Of a DNA stretch of 64,000 bases, positions 37,805 to 46,591 are shown one piece after another. The notes below the pieces were generated by a model. That model was given only the letters and a program-made list of their open reading frames with translations, was not told the origin of the DNA and searched no databases. Position numbers and translations under genes: made by a program. The stretch is from Candidatus Aminicenantes bacterium. Its GTDB lineage: Bacteria > Acidobacteriota > Aminicenantia > Aminicenantales > Aminicenantaceae. The stretch spans positions 3,116 through 67,115 of the forward strand of contig JASFPP010000001.1 of assembly GCA_050115915.1 (NCBI GenBank), written 5' to 3'. The first letter of the stretch is position 1, and the number at the start of each line of letters is the position of its first letter.

Positions 37805-38290
37805 ATGAACACGAAGGTGAAAAAGCTCAGTGAGCTGAAAAAACTCAGGGTGAAATATAAAAAAGAGGGAGAGACGGTCGTTTTTACAAACGGATGTTTC
37901 GATGTGCTTCATAGCGGCCACATCCATCTCTTCAGACAAGCTAAGAAGCGGGGGAATATCCTTATCGTTGCAGTTAACGATGATCTGTCTGTTCGAAAAC
38001 TGAAAGGACCGGCCAGGCCAATTTTCCCGCTCGAGGAACGCTTGGAGGTTCTGGATGCCGTGGAAACCATCGATTACCTGATATCTTTTTCCCAGTCAAC
38101 ACCACGGGAACTCATTCAGGCACTCCTTCCCGATGTGCTTGTTAAGGGGGGGGATTGGAAACCCGATGAAGTTGTGGGGAGGGAAGAGGTGGAGGGGGCG
38201 GGGGGAGAGGTCTTCATTATCCCCTATCTGCCCGGGATATCCTCCTCCGAGATCCTCAGTAAAATAAAAGGCCCGCCGTCTGGATCATAA
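37805..38290 (+). CDS. hldC: D-glycero-beta-D-manno-heptose 1-phosphate adenylyltransferase (RfaE domain II as a standalone protein)
   Basis: 161 aa. Cytidylyltransferase-fold motif VVFTNGCFDVLHSGHIHLF. Its length equals the HldE C-terminal domain. Confidence 0.85.
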   Translation: MNTKVKKLSELKKLRVKYKKEGETVVFTNGCFDVLHSGHIHLFRQAKKRGNILIVAVNDDLSVRKLKGPARPIFPLEERLEVLDAVETIDYLISFSQSTPRELIQALLPDVLVKGGDWKPDEVVGREEVEGAGGEVFIIPYLPGISSSEILSKIKGPPSGS

Positions 38291-38303
38291 CAGACAGCAG
38301 GCC
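38261..38303 (-). terminator. Rho-independent terminator for the minus-strand unit (C26 hydrolase plus small ORF), embedded in the 3' end of hldC
   Basis: The minus strand has GGCCTGCTGTCTG-ttatgatc-CAGACGGCGGGCC, a 13-bp stem with 2 G-U pairs, followed by TTTTATTTT. The same positions are C-A mismatches on the plus strand. Confidence 0.55.
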
Positions 38304-38346
38304 TTATAATTCCATATTCAATTATTCGAGCAGTTTTGTATCTTGC

Positions 38347-38409
38347 TCAGGATTCCTGTAGACAGCCTTCTGAACAATGAGCGATTCTGGGTACAGCATA
38401 TCGTTTCAT
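38347..38409 (-). CDS. Candidate 20-aa small ORF (MKRYAVPRIAHCSEGCLQES)
   Basis: Strong Shine-Dalgarno GGAAGGAGG 5 nt upstream of the ATG (38415-38423 as reverse complement). It lies between the C26 hydrolase stop and the terminator at 38261-38303. No homology support is possible by eye. Confidence 0.25.
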   Translation of the reverse strand: MKRYAVPRIAHCSEGCLQES

Positions 38410-38492
38410 TTTGGCCTCCTTCCCTATTCGGGAGCACTATTGTTTATTTAGTATATAGTATTACTCAGATATAGTCAAGTGAGTTTGTCCAG

Positions 38493-39671
38493 TTATCGTT
38501 TATCCCGGATGTTCCTCTTCTCCTGTTTGGCCGTGTGATGGGTTTTGACCTGTCCGAAGAACCATGCCCAGATTTTTTTGTTGAACTCCAGGCTTGGGGG
38601 ATTTTTCTTAAGGAGGGAGAGGAAGCTGACCTCCTCTGTGTCTTCTGGTGTCCATTTGAATGTGTAGTCAGTGTTCCAGAGTTCAGGAAAGTCGGGGTGG
38701 AATTGAACGCCGAGAACGTTCGGATATTTCTCATGCTCTATGCCCTCGACCACACGTCCATCGGCGGATGTGGCATTGGTCTTGATCCCTTTCCCCAATT
38801 TCCCGAACGCCTGGTGGTGTGCGCTTATTACCAAGGGACGGTCCCTCTCTCTGAACCCCAGTTCGGCTGTGAATTTGCCCCCCTTGCAGAGAACGATCGG
38901 ATGCAAAAGGTAGGGATAGAGCTTGAGTTCCGGATGAATCCTGCTGTATGGATTTCTGTGCCAGTCGTTTTGTTCCGAGTGGATGACATCCTCGATAAAA
39001 TTCCTCCCGTATAGTTGAGACTGAATATCTTGGATCAAGGTCCCTCCGGTGCCCACGTTCAGACTCTGGGCTCCGAGACAAATACACAACACGGGAAATT
39101 TTGGAGCGGACTCCATGAGCCCCACAAAGCCAGGGTTCTGCAATCCCCCGAAAAGATGAAAGATGAATGAGACCTCAAGGAAATGGCGATAAGGGGTATG
39201 GATCGAGGTCAAGAGCCTTGTTTTTTCGCCATAGACATAGGGGGGGATGTCTGCACCTCCAAAAAAGATAAGGCCATCCGCATTTTCGAATATAGTCTTG
39301 AATTCTGCTGTCATTTCATTCTTCTGGAAAAGGGAATGGACATCGATTGTCCCTTTAATCGTGTGGAATTTGATCCAATCGATATTTTTCTCTTCAACTT
39401 GGGTTTTGGCCTTTTCGAAATCTGTCATTTGTTTCTCATGCAGGATTCCCACAACGACTAGACCCTTCGGGGAAAGAAGCTCTTGTTTTTTCAACTCCAT
39501 GAGAGATTCGATGACAAATGGGGCCGGGTGGAGGATAGCAACGACTACCCGATCATTGTCTTTTTCCGCCGAATGGAAATACGGGTCTTGGGCAAACACA
39601 AGAGTGAATGGACTCAGAATTAGAGAAACACAGAGGAATATTAAAACCCTTAGAAAGTCCGTCTTTTTCAT
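38493..39671 (-). CDS. Secreted class I glutamine amidotransferase-like hydrolase (peptidase C26 / gamma-glutamyl hydrolase type)
   Basis: 392 aa with signal peptide MKKTDFLRVLIFLCVSLILSPFTLVFA. Nucleophile elbow VLCICLGAQSLN, HHQA and His motif GVQFHPDF. Confidence 0.8.
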   Translation of the reverse strand: MKKTDFLRVLIFLCVSLILSPFTLVFAQDPYFHSAEKDNDRVVVAILHPAPFVIESLMELKKQELLSPKGLVVVGILHEKQMTDFEKAKTQVEEKNIDWIKFHTIKGTIDVHSLFQKNEMTAEFKTIFENADGLIFFGGADIPPYVYGEKTRLLTSIHTPYRHFLEVSFIFHLFGGLQNPGFVGLMESAPKFPVLCICLGAQSLNVGTGGTLIQDIQSQLYGRNFIEDVIHSEQNDWHRNPYSRIHPELKLYPYLLHPIVLCKGGKFTAELGFRERDRPLVISAHHQAFGKLGKGIKTNATSADGRVVEGIEHEKYPNVLGVQFHPDFPELWNTDYTFKWTPEDTEEVSFLSLLKKNPPSLEFNKKIWAWFFGQVKTHHTAKQEKRNIRDKR

Positions 39672-39762
39672 TTCTCAATCTCCAATAGACATTTCTAGGC
39701 TTGGATTATATTTTTTAAGTGCATTTTTGGCAAGTATTTATAGAGAGTAACGAGTTTCACTC

Positions 39763-39825
39763 AAACCGTGAGGACATGAATTCTCGATGACAGTATTGAG
39801 TAACACAGTGTCTTCTGTCACGGTT
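39763..39825 (+). repeat. T1-related mini element, copy C (terminal inverted repeats only, 63 bp hairpin)
   Basis: AAACCGTGAGGACATGAATTC matches the T1-A terminus (AAACCGTGACGACATGAATTC, 20 of 21). The 3' arm TCACGGTT pairs with the 5' AACCGTGA. The internal core is missing. Confidence 0.45.
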
Positions 39826-39962
39826 CTTGAAAAACATTTAAAGGCACCCCAATTAATGAATTTAAATCCAGGCTAAACCTTTTCGTGATGCGATGCGTTT
39901 ATATAAGGTGATGCCTCAATTAAAGGAATGAGGATGGTTTTTTTCAAGGAGCTGCAAAAATA

Positions 39963-42101
39963 ATGCCGATACGAAAAATTCCGGCCCTGATGATCTTAAT
40001 GCTCCTCTTTGTGTGGCCGGGATTTGTCTTCTCTTCCAAAGAGGAGATTGTCACTATCCCTCGGCTCACTAAAACGCCGAAGATCGATGGGGTATTGGAT
40101 AATCCGATTTGGGATACTGAGGCCCTCAAGATCGTAAATTTCCATCAACTGTCCCCCAAGGAGATGGCTGATCCATCGGAAAAAACCGTGGCTTATATCG
40201 GTTATGATGAAAAAAATCTATACATCGCCTTTAAATGCCACGATTCCGACTCTAAAAAGATTTGGGCTTCAGTGACCAGCCGCGACGGATGTATCGAAGA
40301 TGACTGGGTGATCCTGTTTCTCGACACGTTCAATGAAAAACGCCGAGCTTTCGGATTCATCCTGAATCCGTTCGGTATCCAAATGGACTGTATCCGTATC
40401 GAAGAGGGAGGCAGCGAAAACATGGACTTCAGCTGGGATGCGGTTTTTTCGAGCGAGGGGAGAATAGATGATGAAGGCTATGTCGTGGAAATGGCGATTC
40501 CCTTCAAAAGCATCCGTTTTCCTGACACTGAAGAGAAGGTTTGGGGGCTCACTCTCGGCCGCAACATCCCCCGCAAAGGGGAACTCCTCCTTTGGCCAGA
40601 ATTCTCACGAAAGATCTCAGGATTGATCAGCCAGAGTGAGGAGATCAGGATCCAGGGGCATGTCGAAAAAGGGAAAAATTTCGAGATTATGCCTGTCGTG
40701 ACTTCTCTCAGGACGAAGGACTCGAAGATCGACCCCGAAGCCGGCTTGAACCTTAAGTGGGGTGTCAGCTCCGATCTTACTCTGGATGTCACTGTCAATC
40801 CTGATTACAGTCACATAGAGGCCGACGCTCCAAGAATAGAGGCCAACCAGAGATTTGCTCTTTACTATCCGGAGAAGCGTCCTTTCTTCCTCGAAGGGAT
40901 GGAGATCTTCCGGTTTCCCGAAGTCAATCTTGTCTATACGCGCCGCATCATCGACCCGGCAGTCGGGGGGAAGGCGACCGGAAAAGTCGGGCGATTCACC
41001 TATGGATTTCTGACGGCGTATGACCTCAATCCCACAGAAAGCCTCTGGGATGTCTCCGAGAGTGAGGAAGCGCGGGAGGAAAACGCCCTTTTCAACATCT
41101 TCAGGATGAAATCGGATATCGGACCGGGATCCTACCTGGGATTTTGCCTCACAGATAAAAAAATCAACGGCTCTTTCAATCGCGTGGCTGGAGTAGATGG
41201 ACAGATTAAATGGAAAAACAACTTTTTTTTCTCCTTCCAGGCAGTAGGATCGAAGACGAAGTACGATGACCGGGAGACGGATGTCGTCCCCGCCCTAATG
41301 GCGGAAGCATCCTATTTTTCGAAGTACTGGGGGGCCGGTGTGTCCTGGCAGTCCATGCATCCCGACTTCGAAGCTTCTGCGGGATTTGTCAATCGTGTGG
41401 ATTACAGGCAAATCCTGGGTTATTCCTTTTTGAACTTCTATCCAGAGAAAAACTTTCTGAACCAGATCAGGTTGAGTATGAATGCCGGTCAGATGTACAC
41501 GTATTTTGGGAACACTCTTTCCGACCAGTGGGTGACAGGAAACATTCATCTCCGCTTCACCGAGTTCAATCACATGAACATAACCTATAGAAATTCCATG
41601 GAAAGGTACGGAGGGATCGATTTCCACAAGAATAGCGTTACCCTCAACATCAATTTCAGTTGGGTCGGGTGGCTTCCGTTCGGGGCTTATTTCCGGACGG
41701 GAGATAGTATTTACTATGATGAAGACGATCCATACTTGGGATTCAGCAACACGTATTCGGTCTACTTGACATTTAAACCGAGCAGGAGGCTCCAGTACTC
41801 CATTGATTTTACGAAACAGACTTTTTGGGAGGAACGTGGTGGAGACCAGGTCTATGATATCAATGTCGTGCGCAACCGCTTGACCTACCAGATCTCAAGA
41901 ACCCTCTCTCTGCGCGGCATCCTCGATTACGACCACTCCGACAGAGCTGTTTACGGAAGTTTTTTGGTGAGCTGGGTCTTGAAGCCGGGCACCGTATTCT
42001 TTTTTGGCGTGGACAACAACCTGCTGAAGAACGAGTTCGGCAACTATACCCAGGACGACTATAGCGTGTTTGTCAAGTTTTCCTATTGGTGGAGAATTTA
42101 A
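39963..42101 (+). CDS. Secreted/outer-membrane protein with N-terminal carbohydrate-binding family 9 (DOMON-like) domain and large beta-rich C-terminal domain (DUF5916-like)
   Basis: 712 aa with signal peptide MPIRKIPALMILMLLFVWPGFVFS. The pattern PKIDGVLDNPIWD...YIGYDEKNLYIAFKC is typical of CBM9-like modules. The C-terminus is alternating and aromatic-rich, ending FVKFSYWWRI. Confidence 0.7.
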   Translation: MPIRKIPALMILMLLFVWPGFVFSSKEEIVTIPRLTKTPKIDGVLDNPIWDTEALKIVNFHQLSPKEMADPSEKTVAYIGYDEKNLYIAFKCHDSDSKKIWASVTSRDGCIEDDWVILFLDTFNEKRRAFGFILNPFGIQMDCIRIEEGGSENMDFSWDAVFSSEGRIDDEGYVVEMAIPFKSIRFPDTEEKVWGLTLGRNIPRKGELLLWPEFSRKISGLISQSEEIRIQGHVEKGKNFEIMPVVTSLRTKDSKIDPEAGLNLKWGVSSDLTLDVTVNPDYSHIEADAPRIEANQRFALYYPEKRPFFLEGMEIFRFPEVNLVYTRRIIDPAVGGKATGKVGRFTYGFLTAYDLNPTESLWDVSESEEAREENALFNIFRMKSDIGPGSYLGFCLTDKKINGSFNRVAGVDGQIKWKNNFFFSFQAVGSKTKYDDRETDVVPALMAEASYFSKYWGAGVSWQSMHPDFEASAGFVNRVDYRQILGYSFLNFYPEKNFLNQIRLSMNAGQMYTYFGNTLSDQWVTGNIHLRFTEFNHMNITYRNSMERYGGIDFHKNSVTLNINFSWVGWLPFGAYFRTGDSIYYDEDDPYLGFSNTYSVYLTFKPSRRLQYSIDFTKQTFWEERGGDQVYDINVVRNRLTYQISRTLSLRGILDYDHSDRAVYGSFLVSWVLKPGTVFFFGVDNNLLKNEFGNYTQDDYSVFVKFSYWWRI

Positions 42102-42142
42102 TCCCGCGCGAAGGCGACACCGGCTTCATACCGATTCTCTCG

Positions 42143-42406
42143 CTAATCAAGATCGACGAGCTCGCTCTCCCCGGAGCTGAAAATCTTCAGGATCGCTTTT
42201 TTGCTCTTCATTTCGATCGTGTATTCTTCGTGGATTTCACCTGTTTTTGGATCGAGGATCTTTTTTCTTTCGCATAGGCGATCGATCGCTCGTTCTTCAT
42301 CATTAATGAACACAGACCGAGGAGTCTCCTCCCCCTTATATCCCGAATAAAACTTAACTTTGACTTTGCGGTAATCGCTTTGCTTGGATTTATTATCCAA
42401 CGACAT
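42143..42406 (-). CDS. Hypothetical small protein (87 aa)
   Basis: AGGAG lies 4 nt upstream of the ATG. I recognise no motif. Confidence 0.5.
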   Translation of the reverse strand: MSLDNKSKQSDYRKVKVKFYSGYKGEETPRSVFINDEERAIDRLCERKKILDPKTGEIHEEYTIEMKSKKAILKIFSSGESELVDLD

Positions 42407-42482
42407 TTATCTCCTGCGAATTCTGGCTTTTAAGCCATTCACATTGTGGGACCTTGATGGCCGCAACTTTTCCAATGGGAAA

Positions 42483-43082
42483 TTATGCAGGATTGATGTT
42501 CCTCTTGAGCTGTTTAAGTCCCTCCTCACGGGCATGAAGGATTTGCTGGATATCCACTTCCTTCAGCTCCTTTTGCTTCAGAATGTGATCCTTTAGCGCT
42601 CTCCTGTATAAGAGGTATTCGTCTTTAGCGGAGATGTTCGGTTCCACCCGTTCCGTGTACAAAAAATCTTCGATCGGCCGGTTTTTGCCGTTGTTGTTGC
42701 CTTCGCTCAGATCAACCCTGTATTCGCCGTAGACTAAAAAGCAATGGATCATCGGCACATAGGGAAGTCTGTATTTTGTCAAAATTTTATCTGTGCCGGT
42801 GACGATCTCTTCGGTCATGGCGTATATGCCGACGGTCTTTACGATCGGGAGGTCCAGTTCCTGCGCCAGTGTGGCGATCACAGCATGTTTGGTCGTGCAG
42901 GTTCCCTTGTTTTCCTTGAAGAGGATCATCAGATCGTCTCTGTTTGTGTTATACCCGTACGGCAATTCATGGACATATCGACAGGCATCAGTGAAAAGAC
43001 TGATCCCTAAACTCAAAAACTTGGCCGATATTATTCTGGCTTCCGAGAGGAGTCTATTTGGGAAAACCGTTAGTTTGTCCAC
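42483..43082 (-). CDS. Hypothetical protein, possible transglutaminase-like (papain-fold) Cys-His-Asp core
   Basis: 199 aa with a GTG start. GTCTTKHAVIATLAQELDLP .. MIHCFLVYGEYRVDLS resembles the Cys / His / Asp spacing of transglutaminase-like domains. This is a weak, by-eye call. Confidence 0.5.
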   Translation of the reverse strand: MDKLTVFPNRLLSEARIISAKFLSLGISLFTDACRYVHELPYGYNTNRDDLMILFKENKGTCTTKHAVIATLAQELDLPIVKTVGIYAMTEEIVTGTDKILTKYRLPYVPMIHCFLVYGEYRVDLSEGNNNGKNRPIEDFLYTERVEPNISAKDEYLLYRRALKDHILKQKELKEVDIQQILHAREEGLKQLKRNINPA

Positions 43083-43126
43083 AGAATTTTTCTAACATAG
43101 CAGAAAGCTTTTAGTCAACATTCAGG

Positions 43127-43132
43127 TATAAT
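43127..43132 (+). promoter_or_regulatory. TATAAT box 6 nt upstream of the mfd ATG (possible leaderless transcript)
   Basis: GGTATAATaaggccATG. No Shine-Dalgarno sequence and no clear -35 element. Confidence 0.3.
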
Positions 43133-43138
43133 AAGGCC

Positions 43139-46100
43139 ATGAGCTTAAAATTTCTTGCGGAGACAGATGAGTTCAAGAAATTGAAGTCTGCTCTAGATCA
43201 GGGAGCGAAAGGGTTTCACGTTACAGGAATCGTGGATGCGGCAAAGGCCTATTTTCTTGCAACTTTGCTCTTGGATACAGATAAAAAGGTCGTATTTATC
43301 CGGCCTTCCAGTTTTTCCCTCACCAAGGTTCTGGAGCAATGCCAATTCTTTTTATCGCGCTTTTCTGAAGATCTTTCGATCAGTGTTCTTCCTCCTCTCT
43401 CGGAGAATCCATACGCGGAGGTTCCTCCTTCACTCGGATCAATCTCTTCGCGGATGCGGTTCTTCTACTCCTTGACATACACCGAACCGCGGCTTATCGT
43501 GACCAATCTTCTGGGTCTTCTTAAGCCCTTCCCTCATCCCGAACACATAAAGGGTTTTTTCACCGAGGTCGGTGTGGGTCAGAGGATAAATCGTGACACG
43601 CTGCTCGAGATCCTGACCGAATATGGATACACACAAGAGGACATCATCAATGCGCACGGAGAATATTCTTGGCGGGGTGGGATCGTGGATGTGTACTCAC
43701 CCTGGGAAGCTTTTCCTTTCCGTATCGAATTCAGCGGCAATGAAGTTGTCTCTCTTCGAACGTTCGACCTGTCTTCGCAAAGGTCTAAAACAAAAATCGA
43801 CAGACTCCTCTTCCCCTCACTCCGTGAGTTTGTTGGAAATTCTGTCTTCCTCGAAGAGTGGATCCGATTGGCTCAGCAAGAAGCGGACCAGCGTTTTTTA
43901 AAAGACCTTAAGTCGAAAGCAGAGAATCTCGAAAGAGGAGAAATCTTCCCATCCTTTTCTTTTTTGTCGCTGCTTCACAGTGAGCGTTTCTCCACATACC
44001 AGGCCTACCTCAAGGATTATCTTTTTATTATCGATAATCCTGAGGATGTCACCAAAGACCGGGAAGAGACCTATGCGGAACTCGAGGAACAGTTCCATGA
44101 GATATCTGCTCAAGGGAAGTATGCTCTTTCCCCCGCAAAGATTTATCCCCCGGCCTTGTGGGATCTAATAAGGGAGAACGCCATTAAACTGGATGAGCTG
44201 GCAACGCCGGATAACGGGCAGGCGTTTCGTTTTCCTTTTCAATCCACCACGCGGTTTGCCAATAAGATCCCGTTCTTCTTGAAGTACATGAAAAAACTCC
44301 AAAAGGAAAGGGAAAGAAGTTATGTTTTTCTGGCCAATGAAGGTTTGCGTCAGAAATTCGCCGGCCTGCTCTCCCAGCACATGATCCCCTTTGTGAAGGC
44401 CGAAGATCCTTTGGCCTCTCCTCGCGAAGGAGAAGTGAGCCTTTTTATCGGAGACCTCGAGCGAGGATTCCGTTATCCCGGAGAGAAGATCTCCTTCTTT
44501 TCTGAAAAGGATATTTTCACCGAGGAAAAAGTTCTAATCAGTCGTCCTCGGGTCAGAGCGTTTGTCTCCCACTTCCAGGATCTCAAAGCGGGGGATTTTG
44601 TGGTTCATACGGATTATGGGATCGGAATCTTTACCGGTTTGATCAAGCTCAGTGTCGATAAGAGGAAGAGAGAATTTATTGAAATTCACTACAAGGATGA
44701 GGATAAACTGTTCGTTCCGGTCGAGGACCTTAACCTCGTCCAAAAATATGCCCAGTTGGGAACATCTGCCCCGAGCCTGAACAAGCTGGGGACGCCTCAG
44801 TGGGAAAGGATAAAAGCTCGAACAAAAAAGGCCATAGAAACCATGGCCAAAGAGCTCCTCGAGCTCTATGCCAGGCGGAAGGCGCTCGAGGGATTCAGCT
44901 ATAGCCAGGGCGGGGAGTGGCTCTCTGATTTCGAGAAAACTTTCGAGTTTCAAGAAACCGAAGATCAACTCAGAGCGATCCAAGAGATCATGATGGACAT
45001 GGAATCCGAATCTCCGATGGACCGCCTGCTCTGTGGGGATGTGGGATACGGCAAGACAGAAGTGGCCATAAGAGCGTCCTTCAAGGCCGTTATGGATGGG
45101 AAGCAGGTGGCTGTTCTCTGCCCGACAACAGTTTTGGCCAGCCAACACCACAAAACCTTCCAGACGAGAATGCTGCTCTTCCCCGTTCGGGTGGAGAGCC
45201 TCACAAGGCTCCAAAGTCCGACAAAGCAAAAAAAAGTCCTTGCGGACCTCGAAAAAGGATTGGCCGATATCGTCATCGGCACTCACCGTCTCCTCTCCAA
45301 GGATGTGGCGTTCCGAGATCTCGGATTGTTGGTCGTCGACGAGGAGCAAAGGTTTGGTGTCAGCCACAAAGAGAGGATCAAAACTTTAAAAAGCAATATC
45401 GATGTATTGACCATGACTGCCACTCCGATCCCGCGGACCTTGAACCTCTCCCTCTCCGGGTTGAGGGACATCAGTTTGATCGAGACGGCACCCAAAGACC
45501 GGCTGGCGATCCATACGGTTGTCACCACCTTTCGCTCGAGTCTTATCGTATCAGCCATTAGGAAAGAGTTGGGCAGGGGAGGACAGGTGTACTTCATCCA
45601 CAATAAGATCGACGATATCGACACCATTGCCCGCACGATCGAAAAATGGGTGCCGCAAGCTAAAATTGTTACCATTCACGGACAAATGCCAAGCACAAAG
45701 CTCGAGCGCCGGATGGTTGATTTTATCGAGCACAAGTATAATGTCCTCGTTTCAACAACGATCATAGAGAACGGGATCGATATCCCCCTCGTCAACACTC
45801 TCATCGTGAACCGGGCAGACCGATTTGGTCTGGCACAGCTCTACCAGCTGAGAGGAAGAGTAGGGAGGTCATCGCGGCAAGCCATGGCCTACTTTCTGGT
45901 CCCTCCATTCACAGAGCTGACACCTGTGGCCAAAGAGAGGTTGAAGGCCCTGCAGGAATTTACAGAACTGGGTTCCGGCTTCCGCCTCGCAGCTAAAGAT
46001 TTGGAGATCAGGGGGGCAGGAAATTTTCTGGGTTCTGAACAGCATGGGTACATGGAAGCCGTAGGGTTTAACTACTACATGAGTCTTCTCGAGAAGACTG

Positions 46101-46567
46101 TCAGAGAACTCAAGGGGGAGGAGCGGGATGAAATCAACAGTGAGATCAACATGAAGATAGACATGCGCATTCCCGAAAGCTACTTGCCCCAAATCAACCT
46201 CAGGCTCAACCTTTACAAGAGAATCTCTTCTGTGGAAAATCTGGAAGAGTTGAGCAGTATAAGGGAAGAGATCAAAGACCGGTATGGTCCCCTCCCTTCT
46301 CCTGTCGGCAACCTTCTCCGTTATGGAATAATAAAGTTTCTGGCTCAGAGGATCAGAGTCCAGAGGATAGACCGTATCGGCCGGAAGATTGTTTTTAAGT
46401 TCCTCCCTTCCTCGAAGGCAGATGTTGCGGGGGTGACAAAACTGTTCGAGGCATACACCGGATCGATCACGCCCCAGGGGACAATGAGTATTGAGCTCTC
46501 CTCGGATGGAGATGCCGCGCTATTGGATGAAACGATATCCATCTTGAAGGAGTTAAGCCAAGTGTAA
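43139..46567 (+). CDS. mfd: Transcription-repair coupling factor
   Basis: 1142 aa. Helicase motifs GDVGYGKTEVA and VVDEEQRFGV, TRG region, and a UvrB-homology N-terminal part. Confidence 0.95.
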   Translation: MSLKFLAETDEFKKLKSALDQGAKGFHVTGIVDAAKAYFLATLLLDTDKKVVFIRPSSFSLTKVLEQCQFFLSRFSEDLSISVLPPLSENPYAEVPPSLGSISSRMRFFYSLTYTEPRLIVTNLLGLLKPFPHPEHIKGFFTEVGVGQRINRDTLLEILTEYGYTQEDIINAHGEYSWRGGIVDVYSPWEAFPFRIEFSGNEVVSLRTFDLSSQRSKTKIDRLLFPSLREFVGNSVFLEEWIRLAQQEADQRFLKDLKSKAENLERGEIFPSFSFLSLLHSERFSTYQAYLKDYLFIIDNPEDVTKDREETYAELEEQFHEISAQGKYALSPAKIYPPALWDLIRENAIKLDELATPDNGQAFRFPFQSTTRFANKIPFFLKYMKKLQKERERSYVFLANEGLRQKFAGLLSQHMIPFVKAEDPLASPREGEVSLFIGDLERGFRYPGEKISFFSEKDIFTEEKVLISRPRVRAFVSHFQDLKAGDFVVHTDYGIGIFTGLIKLSVDKRKREFIEIHYKDEDKLFVPVEDLNLVQKYAQLGTSAPSLNKLGTPQWERIKARTKKAIETMAKELLELYARRKALEGFSYSQGGEWLSDFEKTFEFQETEDQLRAIQEIMMDMESESPMDRLLCGDVGYGKTEVAIRASFKAVMDGKQVAVLCPTTVLASQHHKTFQTRMLLFPVRVESLTRLQSPTKQKKVLADLEKGLADIVIGTHRLLSKDVAFRDLGLLVVDEEQRFGVSHKERIKTLKSNIDVLTMTATPIPRTLNLSLSGLRDISLIETAPKDRLAIHTVVTTFRSSLIVSAIRKELGRGGQVYFIHNKIDDIDTIARTIEKWVPQAKIVTIHGQMPSTKLERRMVDFIEHKYNVLVSTTIIENGIDIPLVNTLIVNRADRFGLAQLYQLRGRVGRSSRQAMAYFLVPPFTELTPVAKERLKALQEFTELGSGFRLAAKDLEIRGAGNFLGSEQHGYMEAVGFNYYMSLLEKTVRELKGEERDEINSEINMKIDMRIPESYLPQINLRLNLYKRISSVENLEELSSIREEIKDRYGPLPSPVGNLLRYGIIKFLAQRIRVQRIDRIGRKIVFKFLPSSKADVAGVTKLFEAYTGSITPQGTMSIELSSDGDAALLDETISILKELSQV

Positions 46568-46591
46568 TATAATGGATTGAAATTAAATCAG

